From the NCBI GenBank assembly GCA_037447605.1, contig CM074814.1, forward strand, positions 868,001 to 932,000: a stretch of 64,000 bases of DNA, written 5' to 3'. This document shows, one piece after another, positions 14,549 to 23,975 of the stretch. This DNA is from Zygnema circumcarinatum SAG 698-1b (taxonomy: Eukaryota > Plantae > Zygnematophyceae). Each line of letters opens with the position of its first letter. The stretch's first letter is position 1. The notes under the pieces are model-generated. The model was not told the origin of the DNA. It saw only the letters and a program-made list of their open reading frames with translations, and ran no database searches. Made by a program: the position numbers and the translations under genes.

Positions 14549-17500
14549 CTACATCATTCCTATCAGTTGAACACATGTGCGAAGAATTGCTCCAGATACT
14601 CCTTTTGTCATCATATCTGCCGCCTGTTCGTTCGTCCGTACGAATTCCACTCTGATCTTCTTCTTCTTGACCTGCTCCCTTATAAAGTGATAATAAAGAT
14701 CAATGTGTTTTGACCTCTTGTGGTTGACGGGATTCTCTGTGAGTGCAATCGCTGATTTATTGTCGATCAAAATCAAAATTGGATCTTGTGCATATCCACA
14801 CTCCTGAAAAAACTTCTTAAGCCATATCGCCTCCTTTGCCGCGTGACAAGCTGCCATGTACTCTGACTCAGTACTGGACAACGCAACTGTCTCCTGTAAC
14901 TTCGAATTCCATGTGATACATCCTCCTCCACACATGAACACATATCCTGACGTGGACCTACCAGTATCAATGTCTCCTCCCCAGTCGGCATCTGAATATC
15001 CGTACACTTGAATAGACTCACCAGTGCTGAACGATAGTCCGTACTCTGCCGTCCCCTTCACATAGCGAAAAATTCTCTTCACTGCCTCCCAATGTGCGAC
15101 TCCAGGATTATTCAGAAAACGACTCACATTGCTGACTGCTTTTGCAAGGTCGGGTCTGGTACCTGTGGTGAGGTACATTAGGCTCCCAATGGCCTGTCGA
15201 TAAGGCACTCGCTGCATCTCCACCTCTTCTTCTTTGGTCTTAGGGCAATCAGCTGCTGATAGCTTTGCACTGGGATCCATCGGTGAGGAACACGGATGGG
15301 CATCCTGCATTCGGAACTTCTCCAAGACATCTTTTGCATACTGCTCCTGGGTGAGTAAAATCTTACCATTCTGCCCCCTCTTAATCTGAATTCCAAGTAA
15401 AAAGTTCGCTTCTCCAATGTCTGACATTTTGAAATTTCGTTGAAGCATCTCCTTCAGTGCTGCAATGCTTGTTGTAGACTTGCTGACAATAATAATGTCG
15501 TCTACATAAATTCCAATGAAGATCCGTTCCTCTCCTTCTCCTTTGATGTAGACTGAAGGGTCTGTTTTGAATTGCCTGTATCCATTCTTCTGCATTACGT
15601 CATCCAACTTCTTATTCCAGGCTCGAGGTGCTTGCTTAAGTCCATAAATTGTCCGATGTAGCTTGCAGACTTTTCCTGGTACTTTCATCACTCCCTCTGG
15701 CATCTCCATGTAAATCTCCTCAGTTAATTCTCCATTTAAGAAGGCTGTCTTTACATCCATTTGATGAATATGCATCGATTCAGCTGCTGCAATAGCCACT
15801 AACGATCTCAAAGAATTGAATTTCACAACTGGAGCAAAAGTCTCCTGGTAATCTATGCCTTCTGTCTGTGAATATCCTTTAGCTACCAGTCTTGCCTTGT
15901 ACCTTTCAATCGATCCATCTGCCTTGCGCTTGATTTTGAAAGTCCACTTGCATCCGATTGCATTTCTCCCACTTGGCAACTCCTCCAACGACCACGTGTC
16001 ATTTTCCTTTAAGCTCTGCAACTCATCCTTGATAGCTTGCTTCCATTTCTCTTTATCTGGTCCTTCAATGGCCTCCTGAAATGATTGTGGCTCATCTGGT
16101 TTTGCTCGTGTGCAGGCTGCAACGTAGGCAAAATTATCTGTATCTCTAGGAATCCTTGTGAGCGCATCCAGTGATTCTGCTGCCCTTCGAAAGTTCCTTG
16201 GGCGATCATTTTCTGATGGTGTGAACGCCTCCCGCTCTGCTATGCGTGCACTTCGCCTCAAGGTAGGAATCTCCTCTCTTGACAATTCTTCAGGTGATTC
16301 TGATTCTTCCAACCTTGACTCCAAATCATCTCTTGGTTCAGCATCCCTTTTATGCAAAATTGTGGGGCTTGGGTCTTCCTTAGCGCTCTCCTCATCCTGC
16401 ACTTCTTCACTTAACCCCTCTACACTCCATGAGTCCATGTCATTTCTGGTGACTTCTCCTTTCTCCACGAATTGAACATCCCTGCTGCGCCTGACTGCAT
16501 TATTCTGAGCATCCCAAATCCTGTAGGTCAAACTCTCATGATCATATCCAACCAGCCATCCTGTCCATGCGGTAGGATTCATCTTCCCTCTCCTCTGAGC
16601 ATGTGGAATATTGACAAAGCATTTGGACCCCCACACACGTAAGTGAGAAATTGTGGGCTTGGACCCGGTCCAAAGCTCGTCTGGAACCTTGCCATCATTC
16701 AAGGCTGATGTGGGACATCGATTTCTCACATGAATCGCTGCATTGATGGCCTCTGCCCAAAAACTCAAATGCAGATTGGAACCATGAAGCATTGATCGTG
16801 CCATTTCCACCAAAGTGCGATTCAATCTTTCTGCTGCACCATTGCTTTCAGGACAGTGAGGTGCAGTAAATTGCCTTTTTATCCCTGCGTCCTTACAATG
16901 CTGCATAAATGCATTTGAGGTAAACTCTCCTCCATTATCTGTCCTCAAAGCTGCAATTTTCTCCCCTGTTTCTGTCTCCACCACTCGCTGCCAATGCTTA
17001 AAGCAATCTAGCGCTGCAGATTTCCTCTTAAGAAATGCTACCCAACACTTACGGGAATAATCATCCATGAAGGTGATGAAATATTCTGCACCGCTCTTGC
17101 TTGCAGGTGAAATTGGGCCACAAATGTCAGAGTGAACCAGCTCCAACTTCCTCGTTGCTCGGTACTTCCTTTCTCCATGGGTCTTGTGCGGTAGTTTGTG
17201 AGACTTGCACTTCAAGCAGTCTTCACATGACATCTTGGGACTCCAGTCTCCTCTCATCTCCTCAATTCCAATCACTGAATTCTTCTCTACCATGCTTTTC
17301 ATTCCCCAGTAGCTGAGATGTCCTAATCTCTTGTGCCACTTCTCCAGATTCTTCTCCACATCCACTTGATTTGCAGTCACTTGTAGATATTTGGGTTTCT
17401 CCCACTTCAAGAATGCAGTCTGTCCTTGTCTGAAGCCTTCTCCAACTAGATTCCATGTGCTCCTTTCTCTTATCTGAATCCCTCCTATGTCAAATAGTGT

Positions 17501-19009
17501 CACTACCCCTTGATCAAGCATATAGCAGACTGAGTAAAGATTGTGGATCATTTGTGGAGAGTACAAAACATCTGTGAGAACTGTTTCTACATTCCCTTCC
17601 TTTGTTTTTAGAATCAATCTCACTCTTCCACTCTCTGTCACACTGAACCTTTGTCCGCTTGCTGTCTGAACAGTGATAGGCACATTTAGAGTATGTATCT
17701 CTTCAAACATCTCCTTCTCTGTACAAATATGAGCACTTGCTCCTGAATCTATAATCCAGTCTGATCTCTTGATGGAAAGGTGATTGACTGAAGAGACTCC
17801 AAAGCTTGTGGCATATCCTTCGGTCTGTTCAGTAGTTGCAGAATTTGCGGTACTTCTGCTCATACAATTCCTTGCTGAATGTCCAGGCTGGCCACAGGTA
17901 TAGCAACTACCTCTGAACGTTGTATTTCCTTGGCTGTTGCGATTTTGAGGGCCGCCTCCATATGCTGCAACTCCTCTGCCTCCGCCTGCACGACAGTCTC
18001 TTGATGTGTGGCCGTTTCCGCCACATGTATAGCAGGTGATTTCTGAAAACCTTCCACCGTTGTCAGACGAATTGAATCCTGTTCCTGCTCTTCCTCTGTA
18101 GCTGGGAAAGCTTCCTCCTTGAAAACCTCCACCTCTACCTCTGAATCCACCTCTGCTGTTGTGTCCACCTCTCGGTTCATATCCTCCTCTCGGTTCATAT
18201 CCTCCTCTGCTACTCATGTATCCTCCTCTATTTGCATGGCCTCCTCTGCTTGACTGTCCTCCTCCCCGACCTCTATAATTTCCACAAGTCATGGTTGCAA
18301 ATGCCGTCTCTTGCCTCCCTTTTCCCTCCTTTCTTATCCTCCTCAGCCTGCAATCATACTCGATAATCCTAGCCTTTACATCCTCTAATGACATCCCTGA
18401 TTGATGCAAGAAATTTGTAAGGTTATCGGCCGTCATCTCGTATTTGGAGGACAAACTCTGAAGATACATATAGGCCTGATCGTTTTCTACGATAGACCTT
18501 CCAGTTTCAGTCAGTGTTTTCAGAACGCTATCAAATCTGACATTGTAATTGTCTAGACTTTCTGTCTCCCCCATCCTGATAGACGTAAATTCTGCATACG
18601 CTTTTATCCCTTGTGCTGAAGTTTTCGCAGAGTAAATGTTTTGGAGCTTCTTCCACATTTCTGCTGCAGTTAGTCCTTTAAGTGCTAGTCCGTGAGGGGA
18701 TTTCATGGAAGAGAGTATTAAGGCTTTTGCTTTACCGTTTCTTTTCTTCCAACTTGCAAACTCCTTGGGCTCTTTCTCCTTGTCTGGTGTGGCTTCAGTA
18801 CCATCCACCAATTCCATCAACTCCTTTGCTTCCAACACAGCTTCCAGATTTTGGCTCCAAGAAAGGTAGTTCGTCCCATCAAACAAAGTAACTAAGTATT
18901 TCCCTATATCATCATCTCCTGACGCTCTGATACCACTTGTAAAACTGGAGCCTTTGTCTCTCTCACTATCATCCATCTCATCTTTGTGGGCCTTCCCTTT
19001 CTTAGACAT
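14549..19009 (-). CDS. Intact copia gag-PR-IN-RT-RNaseH polyprotein (right unit)
   Basis: Uninterrupted ORF with two CCHC knuckles, protease WIIDSGAS, integrase HKRLGH/CEDC/HSDICGP/RTDNGGEF, RT YVDD and RNase H YSDADW, in copia domain order. First ATG (MSKKGK) at 19009. Confidence 0.97.
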   Translation of the reverse strand: MSKKGKAHKDEMDDSERDKGSSFTSGIRASGDDDIGKYLVTLFDGTNYLSWSQNLEAVLEAKELMELVDGTEATPDKEKEPKEFASWKKRNGKAKALILSSMKSPHGLALKGLTAAEMWKKLQNIYSAKTSAQGIKAYAEFTSIRMGETESLDNYNVRFDSVLKTLTETGRSIVENDQAYMYLQSLSSKYEMTADNLTNFLHQSGMSLEDVKARIIEYDCRLRRIRKEGKGRQETAFATMTCGNYRGRGGGQSSRGGHANRGGYMSSRGGYEPRGGYEPRGGHNSRGGFRGRGGGFQGGSFPSYRGRAGTGFNSSDNGGRFSEITCYTCGGNGHTSRDCRAGGGRGVAAYGGGPQNRNSQGNTTFRGSCYTCGQPGHSARNCMSRSTANSATTEQTEGYATSFGVSSVNHLSIKRSDWIIDSGASAHICTEKEMFEEIHTLNVPITVQTASGQRFSVTESGRVRLILKTKEGNVETVLTDVLYSPQMIHNLYSVCYMLDQGVVTLFDIGGIQIRERSTWNLVGEGFRQGQTAFLKWEKPKYLQVTANQVDVEKNLEKWHKRLGHLSYWGMKSMVEKNSVIGIEEMRGDWSPKMSCEDCLKCKSHKLPHKTHGERKYRATRKLELVHSDICGPISPASKSGAEYFITFMDDYSRKCWVAFLKRKSAALDCFKHWQRVVETETGEKIAALRTDNGGEFTSNAFMQHCKDAGIKRQFTAPHCPESNGAAERLNRTLVEMARSMLHGSNLHLSFWAEAINAAIHVRNRCPTSALNDGKVPDELWTGSKPTISHLRVWGSKCFVNIPHAQRRGKMNPTAWTGWLVGYDHESLTYRIWDAQNNAVRRSRDVQFVEKGEVTRNDMDSWSVEGLSEEVQDEESAKEDPSPTILHKRDAEPRDDLESRLEESESPEELSREEIPTLRRSARIAEREAFTPSENDRPRNFRRAAESLDALTRIPRDTDNFAYVAACTRAKPDEPQSFQEAIEGPDKEKWKQAIKDELQSLKENDTWSLEELPSGRNAIGCKWTFKIKRKADGSIERYKARLVAKGYSQTEGIDYQETFAPVVKFNSLRSLVAIAAAESMHIHQMDVKTAFLNGELTEEIYMEMPEGVMKVPGKVCKLHRTIYGLKQAPRAWNKKLDDVMQKNGYRQFKTDPSVYIKGEGEERIFIGIYVDDIIIVSKSTTSIAALKEMLQRNFKMSDIGEANFLLGIQIKRGQNGKILLTQEQYAKDVLEKFRMQDAHPCSSPMDPSAKLSAADCPKTKEEEVEMQRVPYRQAIGSLMYLTTGTRPDLAKAVSNVSRFLNNPGVAHWEAVKRIFRYVKGTAEYGLSFSTGESIQVYGYSDADWGGDIDTGRSTSGYVFMCGGGCITWNSKLQETVALSSTESEYMAACHAAKEAIWLKKFFQECGYAQDPILILIDNKSAIALTENPVNHKRSKHIDLYYHFIREQVKKKKIRVEFVRTNEQAADMMTKGVSGAILRTCVQLIGMM

Positions 19010-19336
19010 GTTCAACAATCTCAAGCATCCAAGGAGTAGAACATATATCCGCAAAAGCTTTATTCCAAAACTTAACAAGAGCTCAGCATCCTATGCTTTC
19101 CTCAAAGCTCAAGTTAGCAAAGACACACAAAACACGAGTCTTATATCTGTCCTTCCTAAAACCTCGCCGCCAAAATGCATAACATGATGAACAACACGAA
19201 CCATACGATCAAAGGTCTTGGGATTCACACTACTTCCTAAGCACTCAACACGTGTTACTCAGCTCGTACAATTCCGTACACAATATCCGAACAAACATTC
19301 CGTACGACTCTATGTACGATTGTACGGATCTCAACA
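18938..19336 (-). repeat. Copia LTR (5' terminal copy)
   Basis: 399 bp, followed on the minus strand by the PBS; outer flank TTGGG matches the left TSD. Confidence 0.95.
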
Positions 19337-19922
19337 TTGGGCTGCAGAGCGGGCCTGCACTGCAGCCACATCAACAACGCGTGGGAAATTGAGATCGTTT
19401 TTTTTTGTCCACAATAAGCAGCCAGCGGTGGAACCCTCCTGGCGCAAGCCATTAAAACGAGGAAAATGCGATCAGACAGCCAATCATGTTGTTTGTATAC
19501 AACTGTATACAGTTTTTTCTTAAAAACAATCAAATTCATTTTCTTTTTCTTCTTCAAAAAACATAGAAAATGTCGTCCTCACTGACCACTCACAGGGCCC
19601 AAAGTCATTTCAAAGTGTATGCAAGTCATCGAGGAACATGTCTTAACAGAGAGTAATCATTATGGGCGGGCCCTAAAGGCAGCCCTGCAGAACTGATACT
19701 AGGACCCCTCCCTCCCCGCGCATGTGACTTGTCCTCCTACTGACAAGCCTTAAAACTACGCAAAAACGAAAACCTAATGCACTTCTGCAACAGAAGACGA
19801 AGACTGCAAAGAACTGCTGCACACAGCAGATTCCACTTTCACCCCAACGCTCTACCGTCCTCTGCCCCTCCCAAACTCAAATTCAATCTTGCCAAAAAAG
19901 TAAACACGCGGCGATGCACCTC

Positions 19923-20103
19923 CTAGCGGTAGTATGGAGGATATCCCGCCCCCCCTCGGGGCACATCTGGAGGGGGGTAACTTGGGGGGTAGCCGTAGCC
20001 GGGCCCTCCACGGTACGGATCATAGCCGGGCCTGCCATATGGAGGAGGGGGTCCCGGATAGCTCTCCGGATATGGAGGATATTGAAAAAGACGGAGTGGA
20101 CAT
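19923..20103 (-). other. Putative small Pro/Gly/Tyr-rich coding segment with an apparent 1-nt frameshift
   Basis: One frame reads QYPPYPESYPGPPPPYGRPGYDPYRGGPGYGYPPSYPPPDVPRGGAGYPPYYR*. The ATG at 20103 is one base out of frame across a T5 run. TATATAAA at 20190-20197. Confidence 0.4.
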
Positions 20104-20262
20104 TGTACGATCAAAGTGAGGACAGAGAGAGTTGACACAAAAGACAGATGTGTGATTAACGTGGTGAAAAGTACAATGTCCTAATCTGTTTTATATACAT
20201 TGCGGCTAGAGCTACACGACAAAAGAGTGTGGAACTAGCCTGAGTAAGGGCGNNNNNNNNNN

Positions 20263-22523
20263 TGAATTTGGCCACCGGGGCATACGTTTCGGTGAAGTCG
20301 ATGCCTTCAAGCTGAGAGAACCCCTTGGCTACAAAACGGGCTTTATAGCGGTCAACCGAGCCGTCGGATTTTTGTTTGATTTTAAATACCCATTTAGAGC
20401 CGATGGCGCGACGACCGGGTGGGAGGGGGACAAGGTCCCACGTGTTGTTTTTCTGAAGGGAGAGGAATTCAGCATCAGCGGCAGCTTTCCAAAGGGCGGC
20501 GTCAGGGGTGCGAAGGGCGGCAGCAAAAGTAGGGGGGGCAGACGAGGAGGCGATGAAGGCCATGGCGGAGGAAAGGAGGGCATGGGCGGCAGTGTCGATA
20601 ATTTTCCACGTGGGTCACGATGGCGAGCATGCGTGGCGGGGGGGGCAGGCAGAGGGAGCCGGAAGGAGAGTCCCAAGGAGGCGGGGTGGCGGGAGGCCGC
20701 CACGGGTGAAGGGGAAAGTCGCAGCCGAGAAGCGGCGAGGGGAAAAAGGGAGGGGGTTTGTATGAGGGAAGGGTCCGCCCCGCTCGGGTGGTGGAAAGCT
20801 CCCTCTGAACAGAAGAGGGAGGGTCGAGCAGAGAGGACGAGGGGGAGGGGGGGGGAGCGGGGGGAGGGGGGTCGACGGAGGGGGACGCAGGGACACCGAA
20901 GGGAGGGGAAGGGGGGGCGGCGACCGGGGGCGGGCCAAAAGGAATGTCGGCGGCCAATGGGGGAGCGGCCGCTGGGAGGGGAATGATATCCAACGGCCAC
21001 GAGGTGGGGAATCAGACGCAAGATTGGGATCTCGCGAGGAAGTCGGCGGGTGTACTGCGGGCGGTGGCGTAATGAAGTCACACGAGGAGCCTCATTAAAT
21101 GCGACGCCGCTACGAAGTACAATTCATTTGTCGCGACAACACCGTGATACCTATAGGCCTTGGACGAAGCTGCAGAAGCCAAGAAAATGCCGCTACACGG
21201 CCCGCTGGCCCCATTTGCCGACGACCGGACGAGATTCAGGTACCGTGCCCGCAAACCAAAGATACCTGAGGTGGGAGACTTAGGTTTGCCGCCCGCCGCC
21301 TCGTAGGAGTGCCGCGAAGGGCGTAGCGGGAAAGGTTCCGGGCGTACGTGGAGATGGCTTCCGCTTCAGAAGGCTATAGGGAGGTCGGCAAAATGAAGCA
21401 TAGAAGCGAGCCATGTAGAATGAATTAGAGTTAAGCATTCGTGACTCCCATTTCTTTGGGGGGTCAACAAGGGAGGCTGATGATGCGATGGGTGATCTTT
21501 GAAGTGAAAGCGAAGGTATTTAAAGGCGTTGGACTAAACTGGCGTTATGTCAGTCTGAGGTCTTGATCACGGCGGCCCAGAAGGGTCTGCCACGGGCTTT
21601 GAACTCTTGGAAGCGGGAGAAAACGTCAGACTTGTGAGCGATGGGAAAAACGTGGGAAAAATGAGTCGCTTGGTCAATGAAAGTGACAAAGTATGATGCG
21701 CCGCCGAGGCTAACATCACGCATAGGGCCACAGACATCAGAATGAATGAGTGCCAGAGGCTCAGAGACAAGGGTGGAGCTTGAGGGAAAAGGCAATCTGG
21801 TCATTTTTCCTTGAATACAGCCTGAACAAAAGTCTAACTTGTCGGTAGAGAAAGAGTCTAAACCTAACACTTAGCCCTGTCCGAGAGTTCTGTGGCTACT
21901 TTCAGCATGGTGGCCTAAGCGGAGGTGCCACCGAGCAAAGGTAAGGGGGGGGTCAGTGGTGTGAGCATGGGCGTGCCCAAGGAGGCTGCAAAAGATGTGA
22001 GGGAAAACAAGCGGCCGGTTTTGCGGCCGTGCCCAACTACAGCGTCTGGGGTGAAGAAAGTAACCCCGTCTGGCCTAAATAGAGCTGAAATGCCTAAAAT
22101 CAGGATGGAGGCTACTGAAAACAGATTCTTCGCGAGGCCATCCACCAGGTAGACGTCATCGATGATGAAGCGCTGGCCGTCAATTAGAGTGGAAACCTGG
22201 CCGACATGCGTGGCAGTCAAGGAGCGGTTATCCCCTAAGAAAATGGTCATGGGGAGAGGGAGGGGAGAGAGCCGAGAGAACCAGTCACGACGAAAAGTTA
22301 GATGATGGGAGGCACCCGAGTCAATAAGCCAAGTGGAGTCAGGGAGAGAAGGGTCATACCCAAAAGGGTCCGCGGCCAGAAAGGCGTGACCGAACTCGGG
22401 AGCACCATAGACGACACCCGGGGTGGGAGGCGGGCCGGCCGGGGGGGGGAAGCCGGGGTGAAGAGAGGGGTGTACGGCGGGCGGCGGCGGCGGGACCAAG
22501 GGAGCGGTAGGGAACGTGAGGGA
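20263..22523 (-). mobile_element. Degenerate internal fragment of a second, GC-rich Ty1/copia family, bounded by N gaps
   Basis: Protease WLIDSGASHH; integrase CSGCIQGK and HSDVCGP...FVTFIDQ; RT start WKAAADAEFLSLQKNNTWDLV...KARFVAKGFSQLEGIDFTETYAPV. Many frameshifts and stops, no LTR seen. Confidence 0.9.
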
Positions 22524-22616
22524 NNNNNNNNNNAGAGCTACACGACAAAAGAGTGTGGAACTAGCCTGAGTAAGGGCGGCTGGGTGTAAGCACAGAGCCG
22601 CAAAGGCACAACTAAA

Positions 22617-23975
22617 CTAACAGTGAAAGTACAAGCTAAAAGGACAGCCAGGTGTAAGTACACGTGGCTGGGAAAACGACAAAATAGTACGACAAAACTG
22701 AGAATGTCGGATTCTCAACAGAGGATAGGGCCCTCCATATCCGGAGTAGCGGCGAGGGTCACGGTCGCCCTCGTATGGGTCACTGCCCTCTTCTGCATAG
22801 TCCCTGCGTGGACCATAGTCTGAGGGTCTCCTTTTGGAGTATCTTCTCCCCCGTTTCCTGTCATCATCATCATCGTCAGACTCCGAGGAGTCTTCTTCTT
22901 CATCGGAGTCATCATCGTCATCATCCTCATCGTCATCAAATTCTTCGCCCTCCTCTTTCAACAAGTGGGCTGCCTGCTTCCTGGCGTCACGCTCAGCACG
23001 CTTCCTGAAGTTTTTAAAAGAAGAGATAAATGAAAACAACAACAAATCAGACATTTACTTGCAATAGCAGTGGCAGGAAAAATGTTGCCAAGTTTAGAAG
23101 GGAGAGCAGGGACGTTAGTTAAGCTGGACAAGAACGACCAGCATGCACACATAAACATAAAAATATGTGAGCAATTTCTAATAGCTTCGCAATCCGATGC
23201 TGGGTTGATTGCAGATATAACTACCATATGGTAAAGAAACCACCAGCCCAGAAAGCGCGCCAAGGGACTGCCCAGCACTCCAAACTCGTTGCTCTTGAAC
23301 AAAATACAGTTCAAAAATCTGCTGTGCCAGAAAAGACATAGCATGAGGAGTTCAAAAAATCACAACAGTAGCAATCTTTTCGAGTGCGTAGATGCCTTTC
23401 CTGTCAAGCCAGCTGAGGCCCTTTGTCTCTGCAAGGTTCGCCAACTTGGCTGACACGAGTGCCGCCAAAGCAGATTTGATCTTCTTATGCTTAACAGGTC
23501 CTCCGCTCTGCTCCTGCTGCTTCTGGAAAGCCTGTCAATTGCGCTCAGAATTTGAGTTCATAAGTTGCAGCACAGCAGTAAACCAATCCGCCAATTAAAC
23601 ACTATCAGAAGTCAGACATCCAATAATAGGATGACAGCAGATTCGCCCTCGGAAGGGTCTTGGCAGATTTATATACCAAGATGCTGCTGGTGCTTATAGT
23701 CTTATATCACAATTGATCTGCGAATTACCAATAGATGATCAAAATTGAGCAAGCTTTCACATTTGAAGCCGAATAACATGACTTTTCATTTTACAACTTC
23801 AAAGGAATCCGGTACATCCGATCACCTGCATGGCTGCAAATCCAGCTGCAGCTGCAATCATTTGATGAGTCCAACTCCCTTTTCTTTCCGGTGGAACCTC
23901 TTCATCATCCTCATATCCACCATCGTTGTAAACATCGTCATAATATTTTTTCGCTTCTGGCTTTGAAAACAACAT
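22617..23975 (-). CDS. CipC/DUF3759-like protein with acidic and R/G/Y-rich tail (copy D)
   Basis: Exons 23975-23826, 23531-23401, 23004-22617 (3' end uncertain). Protein MLFSKPEAKKYYDDVYND...KGSWTHQMIAAAAGFAAMQ|AFQKQQEQSGGPVKHKKIKSALAALVSAKLANLAETKGLSWLDR|KRAERDARKQAAHLL. Keeping the frame requires a GA donor at intron 2. Confidence 0.75.

Larger units (their letters stand above)
9317..19336 (-). mobile_element. Tandem Ty1/copia LTR retrotransposon: LTR-internal-LTR-internal-LTR
   Basis: Three 399-bp LTRs with TG...CA ends. tRNA-Met PBS TGGTATCAGAGC at 14112-14123 and 18924-18935. PPT AGAGGGGGAT at 9716-9725 and 14525-14534. A single 5-bp TSD, TTGGG, at 9312-9316 and 19337-19341. Confidence 0.97.

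Noticed and set aside
20329-21081. Long Pro-rich and Gly/Arg-rich ORFs on both strands
   Set aside because: They come from the GC-rich IN-RT linker of the degenerate copia fragment, not from host genes.
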